This document shows, in pieces, positions 1 through 8,696 of a DNA stretch of 64,000 nt. A model generated the notes under the pieces. It was not told where the DNA came from, did no database searches, and worked only from the letters and a program-made list of their open reading frames with translations. The stretch comes from a virus, in the IMG/VR virus record IMGVR_UViG_3300026118_000002, positions 13,333 through 77,332 of that record, one strand, 5' to 3'. The position numbers and the translations under genes were made by a program. Every line of letters starts with the position of its first letter. Position 1 is the stretch's first letter.

Positions 1-2
1 TG

Positions 3-383
3 GCCTATGTTACGCAGCAGGAAGCGGGGGGTGCCGTAAGTGCTGCTGTCTCTCGCCTAAAGGGTGAAGATTCGGGCAATAAGGATGAGCCGCGCCGGGC
101 ATTACTTATCACAACCGAGACGGTTAAGCGCCCGATCGCGCGACTCGATCTTATGCAGGCTGGTCGGCGCGGGCTACTACGCCTCGTCAAGAAATACTCG
201 CTTGACGACAAGGGTAAGGTCGCAATCGAGTTGTATAGCGCGCAAGACGCACTGAACACGTCAGCGAAGATACACGGACTGCTCAAAGAGCAGTCAACGA
301 ATCTGAATGTGACACCCGATGAACTCAAGAACATGAGTGACGAGGATTTCAACGAACTTGCTCGGAAGCGTGGCCTCCTCTAA
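3..383 (+). CDS. Terminase small subunit, 5'-truncated by the window edge
   Basis: Frame is open from base 3; C-terminal KVAIELYSAQDALNTSAKIHGLL resembles TerS tails; overlaps TerL start. Confidence 0.65.
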   Translation, partial: AYVTQQEAGGAVSAAVSRLKGEDSGNKDEPRRALLITTETVKRPIARLDLMQAGRRGLLRLVKKYSLDDKGKVAIELYSAQDALNTSAKIHGLLKEQSTNLNVTPDELKNMSDEDFNELARKRGLL

Positions 384-1881
384 CGGTCTCAGCGACCTTG
401 ATATTCTCATTGAGCGTGAGCGTAGGCGACGTATCGCTCTGGCGAACGTGGTGCTTGACCCGTACCGCGCCGATCCTACTGCCTTCATCGATGAGTGTGT
501 CTCGATTGACAATGCGCAGAGCGGCGACTCGGCTGATGCGCAGCATGAGACGATGCCGTTCCATCTCTGGCCGGCGCAAGCTGATCTGCTTGCCGCAATC
601 CACACCGAACGCCTGCTGCTGATCTTGAAAGCACGCCAACTCGGTATCTCCTGGTTGGTGTGTGCCTACGCGCTCTGGCTGTGTCTGTTCCGCCCTGGTC
701 GCCTGGTGCTGATGTTCTCGATCGGGCAAGGTGAAGCCAATGAGATGCTGCGCCGCGTCAACGTGATGTACTGGCGGCTGAGCAGCGCGTTGCGCGATAG
801 TTTGCCGCATCTTGTCAAGGAGAACACTGAGGAGATGACATGGGCTAACGGCTCACGCATCCAGTCGCTTCCCGCGCGTAAGACGGCGGGCTCTGGCTAC
901 ACGGCGTCGTTGGTCATCCTTGACGAGTTTGCCAAGAACACGAGCGCGAGAGAGATTTACACCGCTGTCAAGCCAACCGTGGATGGAGGCGGGCAGATGA
1001 TCATCCTCTCGTCTGCGCACGGCGTCGGCAATTTGTTTCACGAGATGGTCACACGCGCACTCGCGCGCCTCGGTCGCTTCGCCTTTCGTTTCCTGCCATG
1101 GACGGCGCGGCCTGGTCGTGATGCGGCGTGGTACAGTGCTGTTGCGGCGGATGCGGTGGACTCGTCGCTAATGAAGCAGGAGTATCCCGCGACGCCGGAA
1201 GAGGCATTCGAGGCGACGGAGGTTGACTCGTTCCTGTCGAATATCCAGCTCTGGGATGCGTGCCGAGACGACACGCTGCCGCCGCTCGGACCGCATGAGC
1301 CGTGCGTCTTGGCGATGGACGGCTCAGAGAGTGACGACACCTTCCCACTGGTGCTGATCTCGCGCCATCCTGCCGACCCGGTGCGGTTCGCCGTGCGCTA
1401 CTGTCATATCTTCACGCCGGTTCCTGGTGTGGTGCTGGATGACACCGAGATTGAGGCGGAGATACGCGATCTGTGCCGGCGCTTTGCGATTGTCGAAATC
1501 GCCTTCGACCGCGCGCTGATCGGCCAACTGATGCGCCGGCTCACGACACAGACGGTCAATGGGCCACCACCAATTCCGGTCTCAGCGGAGAAGTTCAATC
1601 AGGGCGGTGATCGACTTGTCGCCGATAAGTTTCTCTACGACCTGATTCTTCAGCGCCGGATCGCGCACAACGGACAGGAAGACTTACGCCAGCACGTCGC
1701 GAATGCGAATAAGAAGAAGGACGCGAGCGGGCGTATCCGCATCGTCAAGCGCACGCATCGACTCAAGATCGATGCGTGTGTGGCGACGGCGATGGGCGTG
1801 ATGCGTGCGTCGGAGGTGCTGTCGTTCGTTGCGTGGGACTCCGCGCAACTTGAGCCATTAAGTACAGGACGGAACGTATAG
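337..1881 (+). CDS. terL: Terminase large subunit
   Basis: Walker A-like LILKARQLGISW, Walker B LVILDEFA, coupling motif ILSSA, C-terminal nuclease acidic residues (LAMDGS, KIDACVA). Confidence 0.95.
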   Translation: MTRISTNLLGSVASSNGLSDLDILIERERRRRIALANVVLDPYRADPTAFIDECVSIDNAQSGDSADAQHETMPFHLWPAQADLLAAIHTERLLLILKARQLGISWLVCAYALWLCLFRPGRLVLMFSIGQGEANEMLRRVNVMYWRLSSALRDSLPHLVKENTEEMTWANGSRIQSLPARKTAGSGYTASLVILDEFAKNTSAREIYTAVKPTVDGGGQMIILSSAHGVGNLFHEMVTRALARLGRFAFRFLPWTARPGRDAAWYSAVAADAVDSSLMKQEYPATPEEAFEATEVDSFLSNIQLWDACRDDTLPPLGPHEPCVLAMDGSESDDTFPLVLISRHPADPVRFAVRYCHIFTPVPGVVLDDTEIEAEIRDLCRRFAIVEIAFDRALIGQLMRRLTTQTVNGPPPIPVSAEKFNQGGDRLVADKFLYDLILQRRIAHNGQEDLRQHVANANKKKDASGRIRIVKRTHRLKIDACVATAMGVMRASEVLSFVAWDSAQLEPLSTGRNV

Positions 1882-3345
1882 ATGCTCGGTACCTCGACCA
1901 ACTGGCTTGCTGCCGTCTCGCGCCTGCTTCGGCGCGATCATCGGCAGACCTCGTGGGCCTGGATTGATCGTCAATCCTCCTATCTGTTGTTCGACTCCTA
2001 CTACGCCAACACTGCCTACGAGCGCCTGTTCGACGGCGGGCAGCGCGACGCGATCAACGCCTCACTTGGCAACGCCGCCGCTGCGGACATTGCTGGACTG
2101 TACAACCCGGTCGCGAACGTGGTTGACCTATATCTGAACGTGTTCGGCGGTAATTTCGGCGATGAGATTCAAGTCGAGCCAACCGGCAACGCGACACCAG
2201 CGCTCGTCAATGTCATCGGTCAAATCTGGCGATGGTCGAATCTCTCCGTCGAAAAGCAGCCACTGTGCCGCTATGCTGCAACGCATGGCAACGTCGGGCT
2301 ACGCATCGTCGCGCGCAATGACCCCGATCTGACGAAGCGCCGTGTGTATCTCAAGCCAGAGCACCCGCGCATCATTCGTGATCTTGAGCGCGACGAGCGT
2401 GGCAACATTACTGCGATCCAACTCGAATACGACGTGACCAGCGGGCTCGCCGAGAAGGCCACGACGATCACGGTGCGCGAAGAGTTGACCACGGAGATGA
2501 TCCGCTCGTGGCGCGTATCCGGCGGCACCTCGCTCGTCCCCTACGATCTCTTTGCCAAGGCCGATAACGGCCCGCGTTGGGAGTACCCGAACGCGCTCGG
2601 TATCGTCCCGTACGTGCTCCTCAGGCACGAGTACACCGGTGATACCTGGGGGCGTAATGCCTTCTATAAAGCGCTGAGCCCACTGAACCGACTGAACGCG
2701 CTGATCACGCATGTCGATGTTCAAGTGCATAGGCACGTCAACGGCGTGCTGTTCATCGCCGCGAGTGGCGCGGCCCCGACGACCATCGATCTGTCTGGGC
2801 TCAAGGTCGCATACGTCGATACGCGCAACAGCGCCACGACGCCATTTATGCAGTGGATGGTCGCGCCGCTCGATTTGCTTGGCGCAATCGCCGAGATCAA
2901 TCTTCAGCTCGACATGATCGAGGATAGCTTGCCGGAACTCAAGGCGACGGCGGGGAAGTTCCTGTCAGGCCAGAGCGGGCAGACAATCGCAGAACTGCGC
3001 AAGCCGGCTGAGGAGAAGGTCAATCTCGCGCGGGCGAACTACGAGTCGGCACTGATCGATGCACAGAAAATAGCGGTTTCATGGATGGTGCTGCTTGGTA
3101 TGGCTGATGTGGGCACCGGGATGGGCACGCGCGCCGCCGCCGACGCTGCATTCGCGGGCGGCTATGAGGATCATCGCTTCAATACGCGCCCGCTGCTTTC
3201 GCTGACGAGCCCGCCGCCCGCGCCACTGTCAATACCAGGAGCCGCGCCTGTTGTAGCGACACCCCCGGCTGTACCGCCAGCGCAGGGCGGGACGCCACAG
3301 CCGGTGTCGATGGATATGACGACAAAAGCCGGGGGTGCGTCATGA
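1882..3345 (+). CDS. Portal protein (SPP1 gp6-like)
   Basis: 487 aa directly after TerL; YPNALGIVPYV and SGQTIAEL motifs typical of portals. Confidence 0.85.
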   Translation: MLGTSTNWLAAVSRLLRRDHRQTSWAWIDRQSSYLLFDSYYANTAYERLFDGGQRDAINASLGNAAAADIAGLYNPVANVVDLYLNVFGGNFGDEIQVEPTGNATPALVNVIGQIWRWSNLSVEKQPLCRYAATHGNVGLRIVARNDPDLTKRRVYLKPEHPRIIRDLERDERGNITAIQLEYDVTSGLAEKATTITVREELTTEMIRSWRVSGGTSLVPYDLFAKADNGPRWEYPNALGIVPYVLLRHEYTGDTWGRNAFYKALSPLNRLNALITHVDVQVHRHVNGVLFIAASGAAPTTIDLSGLKVAYVDTRNSATTPFMQWMVAPLDLLGAIAEINLQLDMIEDSLPELKATAGKFLSGQSGQTIAELRKPAEEKVNLARANYESALIDAQKIAVSWMVLLGMADVGTGMGTRAAADAAFAGGYEDHRFNTRPLLSLTSPPPAPLSIPGAAPVVATPPAVPPAQGGTPQPVSMDMTTKAGGAS

Positions 3346-3806
3346 ACGACACCATCCACGAATCAGTGCCCGCGCATCGTCAGCCATCAGATGAGGCAAT
3401 CGCCTATTTTCAAGACTGCCGACGCTTGCTCGGCATCAGCGATACATGGCACCTCTGGCTTGAGGTCGCTGATGCGCCATACGGCAATGAGGAAGCAGAC
3501 GGCGCGGCTGATCTTGAGGCGCGTTACCTCAAAGGCACGATCATCTATCGGCGCAATTTGACCGATGCGCGTCGCCCGTTCGTGCTGATGCATGAGGCGT
3601 TCCATGTGGTCTTTGCGCCACTCCAACTCGCACATGATCGCGTGGTCGAACTACTACCAGAGGCGCTACAGACGCACGCACGCGAGCTGCTGTGTGATGC
3701 GGAAGAGCAGATCATTGAGCAACTGACCCGTGCGCTGCAAGCACAGATTACGCCACCGAAAGACGATGCGGTTACACCTAGCGATACGGACAAGGAATCG
3801 TCATGA
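3342..3806 (+). CDS. HExxH zinc-metallopeptidase-like protein
   Basis: VLMHEAFHVV motif with downstream EEQ; ATGA-coupled to portal. Confidence 0.5.
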   Translation: MNDTIHESVPAHRQPSDEAIAYFQDCRRLLGISDTWHLWLEVADAPYGNEEADGAADLEARYLKGTIIYRRNLTDARRPFVLMHEAFHVVFAPLQLAHDRVVELLPEALQTHARELLCDAEEQIIEQLTRALQAQITPPKDDAVTPSDTDKESS

Positions 3807-4018
3807 CCACACTGAACAGCACCGCAATCCCGCTTCACACACACACCGCGCCAATCATTGCCGCGCCGGTGCTGTTCCTCTGCCCCTACTGCGGTCATGG
3901 CGTACGCGAGCATATGCGCTTGTCCTATCCGCCGTCGGTTGTGGGGGCGTATCAGCCGGTCTATCGGTGTGTGTGCGGACGGCATTTCGGGCTGCCGATC
4001 ACGCGGGATGAGGAGTGA
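3803..4018 (+). CDS. Small zinc-finger protein
   Basis: CPYC...CVCG; RBS AAGGA; ATGA overlap. Confidence 0.5.
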   Translation: MTTLNSTAIPLHTHTAPIIAAPVLFLCPYCGHGVREHMRLSYPPSVVGAYQPVYRCVCGRHFGLPITRDEE

Positions 4019-4068
4019 GGCGGCATAGATGTGGGCTATGTCTATCGCCGTTACCATAGAATTGTCAC

Positions 4069-4097
4069 TTGACACCAGCGTGCGCGCGTGCTAGACT
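4069..4097 (+). promoter_or_regulatory. Sigma70-type promoter
   Basis: TTGACA (4069-4074), 17-nt spacer, extended -10 TGc-TAGACT (4092-4097). Confidence 0.75.
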
Positions 4098-4107
4098 AAA
4101 GGCTACT

Positions 4108-4185
4108 GATCAGGGTGGCAGTGTGAGTTGAACACGCTGGCCTAACAGCACGGAAATGCAGGTGGAATGCCTGCCCGCCCTGATC
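4108..4185 (+). ncRNA. Non-canonical tRNA-like cloverleaf RNA
   Basis: 11-bp closing stem GATCAGGGTGG/CCGCCCTGATC enclosing three hairpins: GTGT/ACAC, GCTG/CAGC and T-arm-like GCAGG-TGGAATG-CCTGC; starts about 10 nt after the -10 box. Confidence 0.5.
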
Positions 4186-4198
4186 TCCTAAGTTCATC

Positions 4199-4252
4199 CA
4201 TCCGACGATCCAACGGGTCGCATCTCTTACGAGACGTGACCCGTTTTGTTTT
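4199..4252 (+). terminator. Leader terminator/antiterminator element, copy 1
   Basis: CATCCGACGATCC, then a 15-bp hairpin (4212-4245) and T-tract, just upstream of the scaffold RBS; second copy at 24514. Confidence 0.65.
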
Positions 4253-4272
4253 GCCCAGAATAAGGAACCACC

Positions 4273-4860
4273 ATGAGCGACCCCACACCGCAGCCGGCGG
4301 GTGCCCCGGCGAACGAACCCCCGGCCCAGCCGCCGGCCCCGATTGTTGCGGCGATCCCACCGACGCCTGCTCCGGCAAGCGCGGGATTTACCCAGGAACA
4401 GTTGAATAGTGCCATCGCCGACGAGAAGCGCAAGTGGAAAAAGCAGCAGGACGATGCGGCTGCCGAGATCAAGCGCAAGGCGGATGAGGACGCGGCGGCA
4501 GCGCGCGGCGAATTTGAAAAGCTCGCCAACGACCGCGCGACCCTGATCGCGAAGCTCGAAGCTGATCACGCGACGGTGACTGCGCAACTTACAGCGTATC
4601 AAGAAGAGATGGAGCGCCAGATCAAGGCGCGCGTCAAGGTGCTGCCGGAAGAGATTCGTGAGATGAAGCCAGACGGCGATCCGTTGGTCGTGTACGCCTG
4701 GCTGACGAAAGCCGAGGCAGCGGTGACCAAGCTCACGCCCCCGACGGCGACGGTACTCGGCACACCGCCCGGCCCGGTCGGCGGTGGCGCACAGCCAAGC
4801 GCGTTTGCGAATGGCGATCTGCTCGCACAGAAGCGCGCGAGTGGCGACTATGCGATCTAA
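4273..4860 (+). CDS. Capsid scaffolding protein
   Basis: Pro-rich N-terminus, FTQEQLNSAI motif, coiled coil, position before capsid genes. Confidence 0.75.
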   Translation: MSDPTPQPAGAPANEPPAQPPAPIVAAIPPTPAPASAGFTQEQLNSAIADEKRKWKKQQDDAAAEIKRKADEDAAAARGEFEKLANDRATLIAKLEADHATVTAQLTAYQEEMERQIKARVKVLPEEIREMKPDGDPLVVYAWLTKAEAAVTKLTPPTATVLGTPPGPVGGGAQPSAFANGDLLAQKRASGDYAI

Positions 4861-4872
4861 CAGGAGTTCTTC

Positions 4873-5274
4873 ATGGCTCTGATTACGAAAGATGCGAATG
4901 CGAGCTTGGACGCGGCCAGCGCCGCCGACGCGCCGCAGCGCTCAAGTCTGACGGCGGGCGAGGCGCTCGACAGCCTTGCGCCGTGCTATATCAAGGGTGC
5001 CGATGGACTCGTGTACATGTCCAACGGCACGGCAGCGAATGAGGCGTCGGGCTTTGACGGCTTTACGCCGAAAGCCTACGCCATCGGCGCGTCCATGGTC
5101 ACGTTGTTCGGCATCGGCACCAAGATGCGCTATGCAACCGGACTGACCCCCGGCGCAAAGCTGTACATCGCCGCAACCAAGGGCCGGCTCGATGACACCG
5201 CAACCACCGGTGACGCGGTGGGAGTCGCGCGTGCTATCAACGCAACCACGATCCGCATCACGCGCGACGTGTAG
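4873..5274 (+). CDS. Capsid decoration/cement protein
   Basis: 133 aa Ala/Gly/Thr-rich; TAGEAL...LTPGAKLYI pattern; lies between scaffold and capsid. Confidence 0.65.
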   Translation: MALITKDANASLDAASAADAPQRSSLTAGEALDSLAPCYIKGADGLVYMSNGTAANEASGFDGFTPKAYAIGASMVTLFGIGTKMRYATGLTPGAKLYIAATKGRLDDTATTGDAVGVARAINATTIRITRDV

Positions 5275-5295
5275 CTGGCAAAGGAAGAATAGACT

Positions 5296-6363
5296 ATGGC
5301 TCCGATCGTTGGCACATACGATATTAGCTCACTCCTCAGCGTGCGCTTTCAGTCCATCGATGCGTTCGGCATCGATACGGTCGTGCAGGTGCTCAAAGAC
5401 GACCTTGCGGCGCATAACGCGATCGTGCAGGAAATGATGGCCGATCTGTGCTTTAGCACCGTCGATACACAGGGCATCTACGGCACCGGCACGACCGGCG
5501 AGATGAATGAGGTTGACGAGTACGGGCGCACGGAGACGCAAAAGCAGACACCCGGCGCGCCGGTGGCCTGGCCGTTGCGCCTATTCCAATTTGCCGTCGG
5601 CTGGACGGCGAAGTACATGGAGATCGCCACGCCCGCTGATCTGGCCTTGCAGCAGATCGATGCCGAGAAGGCGCATATGAAGGCGCTCCGTCGCGATGTG
5701 AAGCGCGCGATCTATGGCAGCGCGAACTACACCTATATCGATCACCTGATCAATAACTATCCGCTGCTGGTCAAGCGCTTCGTCAACGCCGACAGCGCGG
5801 CGATCCCGGATGCCCCCGACGGTTCGACGTTCAACGCATCCTCGCACACGCACTACGACGCATCGGCGACGCTGACCACTGCGGTGGTTGACGCGGCGAT
5901 CACCGACCTGATCGAGCACGGCCACGGCGGGCGCGTCAAGCTCGCCATTCACTACAGCAACGCCGCCGCGTTCGCTGCGCTAACCGGCTTCGTCGCCGCG
6001 CTGCCGCAGTATATCCAGGTGCCGGCCTACAACGTCGCAACGCCAAGCGTCCGCACCGATCTCGGCAATCAGTACAACCGGCTCGTCGGCTACTACAACA
6101 CCGCTGAGGTGTGGGTCAAGCCATGGGCAATCGCGGGTTATATGTTCCTGTGGGATAGCGCATCAAACGGCAAGCCGCTGGCGTATCGGCAGCGCAACAC
6201 GCTAGCTACCCGACAAGGTCTGCGACTTGCGGCGGAACTGCCCGACTACCCGCTCTACGCCAAGTACTATGAGGCTGAGTTCGGCATCGGTCAATGGGTA
6301 CGCACCAACGGCGTGGTCGTGCAATTCACCAACGCGTCGTATCAAGACCCAGTTATAACCTAA
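5296..6363 (+). CDS. Major capsid protein
   Basis: 355 aa, synteny, strong RBS, biased codon usage. Confidence 0.85.
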   Translation: MAPIVGTYDISSLLSVRFQSIDAFGIDTVVQVLKDDLAAHNAIVQEMMADLCFSTVDTQGIYGTGTTGEMNEVDEYGRTETQKQTPGAPVAWPLRLFQFAVGWTAKYMEIATPADLALQQIDAEKAHMKALRRDVKRAIYGSANYTYIDHLINNYPLLVKRFVNADSAAIPDAPDGSTFNASSHTHYDASATLTTAVVDAAITDLIEHGHGGRVKLAIHYSNAAAFAALTGFVAALPQYIQVPAYNVATPSVRTDLGNQYNRLVGYYNTAEVWVKPWAIAGYMFLWDSASNGKPLAYRQRNTLATRQGLRLAAELPDYPLYAKYYEAEFGIGQWVRTNGVVVQFTNASYQDPVIT

Positions 6364-6376
6364 TCGGAGGCGTGCG

Positions 6377-6454
6377 ATGGGCAAGCCGAGTAAGGGCACC
6401 AAGAAGGATATGCGCCTCAGTGAAAACAAGCGCGTATCTACAAAGAAAAAATGA
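6377..6454 (+). CDS. 25-aa basic peptide MGKPSKGTKKDMRLSENKRVSTKKK
   Basis: GGAGG RBS 6 nt before ATG; fills the gap after the capsid gene; below the ORF-track cutoff. Confidence 0.55.
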   Translation: MGKPSKGTKKDMRLSENKRVSTKKK

Positions 6455-6463
6455 GGCACCACT

Positions 6464-6769
6464 ATGCCGGATACCATTCTCGGCGGCGCATACCTCGCCG
6501 CTGATGGCAAGACATGGCACAACGCAAACGGCGAGCCGTTGACAGAAGATCAGGTGCATGCAGCCAAGCGCCTGCATACCCGTCGCGCGAATGATCTCGC
6601 AGCGCGCGAGTCGGAGCGTGTCAACCAGGCCGTGCGCAACGACCCGATCGCGCAGGCGCTCTTGACTCAGGCGGCAGCGCAGATGCCTGTCGCGCAACTC
6701 CCGCACCCGACGCAAACCAGCGAGCCGCCGCCCGATCCGCAGGGCGGCAAGGGCAAAAAGAGCGAGTAG
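6464..6769 (+). CDS. Hypothetical head-associated protein
   Basis: RBS GAGG; operon position. Confidence 0.55.
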   Translation: MPDTILGGAYLAADGKTWHNANGEPLTEDQVHAAKRLHTRRANDLAARESERVNQAVRNDPIAQALLTQAAAQMPVAQLPHPTQTSEPPPDPQGGKGKKSE

Positions 6770-6776
6770 AGCACGC

Positions 6777-7178
6777 ATGTCTTACTCCGATACGCTCGAA
6801 ACCGATACGGATCGCATCCGTGCCTACATCGGCGATACGTCGAATGACCCGGCGACAGAGATGGTCACCGATGACCACATTGACACGGTGCGCGGCTTCT
6901 CATCCACACTATCAAATGCGGTCGCATTTCTGGCGAATGAACTAGCAGTACGCTACGCACAAGAGCCAGGACGAGTCACGTTGCCGAGCGGCCTAACCGT
7001 CGCGTGGCAGGATCGGGTCAAGACCTGGCTCGACATCGCCGCGCTCGCCCGCACCGGCGCGCTCATTCCGCAGACCGGCGGCGTATCGTTCGTGCCGGCG
7101 ACGTTTAGCGATGGCTCCGTGGTGCCGGACGAGTACGGACGGGCGACGATCTTTAACTGGTGGTATCCGCGATGGTAG
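6777..7178 (+). CDS. Head-tail adaptor
   Basis: DRIRAYIGD...TDDHI pattern; synteny. Confidence 0.65.
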   Translation: MSYSDTLETDTDRIRAYIGDTSNDPATEMVTDDHIDTVRGFSSTLSNAVAFLANELAVRYAQEPGRVTLPSGLTVAWQDRVKTWLDIAALARTGALIPQTGGVSFVPATFSDGSVVPDEYGRATIFNWWYPRW

Positions 7179-7534
7179 CGCTGATCAGCGCCGCCACGAT
7201 TGCCAAGCTCACACAGATCGATGAGCGGGCGATGAACGAGTCGTTCACTATCACGAGCGTCACGCGCGTTGACGACGGCGGTGGCAGCAGCACGGAGACG
7301 ACTAGTACCGTTACGACGCCGGGTTACATGTGGAGCGTGAGCGGTGACGAGGCGGGGGCGGATCAGATCAAAGCGCGCGGGCGACACCGTATCGCTGTGC
7401 CAAAGGACGTGAGCGTATTGGCGACGGCGCGGATCACGCAGGTTGCGACCGGGCGACAGTTCGTGGTGAAGTACCCGTTTCCGATCAGTGCCTATTCAAC
7501 CAGTCTGATCGTCGGCGTCGAAGACAAGGGCTAG
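7172..7534 (+). CDS. Head-closure (stopper) protein
   Basis: VDDGGGSS loop, beta-rich, follows the adaptor. Confidence 0.6.
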   Translation: MVALISAATIAKLTQIDERAMNESFTITSVTRVDDGGGSSTETTSTVTTPGYMWSVSGDEAGADQIKARGRHRIAVPKDVSVLATARITQVATGRQFVVKYPFPISAYSTSLIVGVEDKG

Positions 7535-7537
7535 CGT

Positions 7538-8209
7538 ATGTCGATCACGATTGTCAGTGACCAATTTACCGAAGCCTCCACGATCGCGCTCACGTCGCAT
7601 GTGCCCAGCACCGCCGGTGCCGGCTACACGACGATTGACTCGACCGGCACGTCCGTGCTGAATAACGATGCGGCGGATGTGGTGATTATCTCGCTCACGG
7701 CGACGGCGGCGGGGCACTTCGTTGCATCCGCGCCCGATCCGAGTGGTGCGGAGTACACCGTCAGCTTCACGGTCCCCGTCGGCGACACCGGCTCGGCAAC
7801 CCGCCCGCTGCGCCTGATCGCGCGCTGGACGGATGTGAGCAATCACTATCATTTTCGCCTGTTACCGGACGCGCACGCGAGTCCATCGCAGCGGCTGGTC
7901 AAGGTGGTTGCGGGCACCTTGACCGAACTGGCGAACGCGGATAACCCGACCGTCGGCGGGGATGTGTTCCAGCTTATCATCACGGACGCGCTGAAGACGG
8001 TGACACAAAACGGCGTGGTCGTGTTATCCAGCACCGATAACAGCATTACAGCGGCGGGCAAGGCCGGGTTCGGCATGGGCAAATTGACGGCGGGCGATAC
8101 CAGCGGCAACGTCAATACCGGCTCCTGGCAAATAGATAACTATAGCGTGACGATGCCGGGGATGTTTCCGCCCTTTCCGCCCGCGATGGGCACGTACGCG
8201 CGCATGTGA
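7538..8209 (+). CDS. Virion accessory protein, ConA/lectin-like fold suspected
   Basis: SDQFT...TDNSITAAGKAGFG...IDNY pattern. Confidence 0.5.
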   Translation: MSITIVSDQFTEASTIALTSHVPSTAGAGYTTIDSTGTSVLNNDAADVVIISLTATAAGHFVASAPDPSGAEYTVSFTVPVGDTGSATRPLRLIARWTDVSNHYHFRLLPDAHASPSQRLVKVVAGTLTELANADNPTVGGDVFQLIITDALKTVTQNGVVVLSSTDNSITAAGKAGFGMGKLTAGDTSGNVNTGSWQIDNYSVTMPGMFPPFPPAMGTYARM

Positions 8210-8215
8210 GGCGAT

Positions 8216-8665
8216 ATGGCACGCGGTTCCTATAGCGTCTCGGCGCAAGCGCAGACGATTAGCACGGCGATAACCATTCTGGAGATCACCGCGCCAGCAG
8301 CGGGCGTGATCTTCGTGACCGATGCCTGGCTTTCCGCCGCGACGGTCACGGCGGGCACGGCACGGCTTCAACTCTTGCGCAAGACCGCAACCGTGACCGG
8401 CACTGCCAGCCCGCCGACGCCGGTGTGTCTCGACGGGACGGCGACGAGTGGCGTAACGATCAAGTGGAAAGCAACCGCCGAAGGCACCGACGGCGGCATC
8501 ATCCGTGAGTATAACCTGCGGCTTGACGGCGGTGAGGTGCTGTATCTGCCCATCCCTGATAAGCAGGTGTTTGTGCCGCCATCGGGGATTATCGCGCTGA
8601 AGTTTCCTGCCGCGCCCACATCAAGCGCGTACACCTTCGGCATTGAGTATACCGAGTATGTCTAG
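8216..8665 (+). CDS. Virion accessory protein
   Basis: Operon position, RBS GAGG, beta-rich. Confidence 0.55.
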   Translation: MARGSYSVSAQAQTISTAITILEITAPAAGVIFVTDAWLSAATVTAGTARLQLLRKTATVTGTASPPTPVCLDGTATSGVTIKWKATAEGTDGGIIREYNLRLDGGEVLYLPIPDKQVFVPPSGIIALKFPAAPTSSAYTFGIEYTEYV

Positions 8666-8696
8666 CACGATCTGCGCATCGTAAAGGATAGCCGTC

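Noticed and set aside
4108-4185. Functional amber suppressor or tRNA-Pyl
   Set aside because: The loop has 6 nt without U33, there is no CCA, and no pyl genes are present; most genes are intact under the standard code, so no genome-wide TAG recoding
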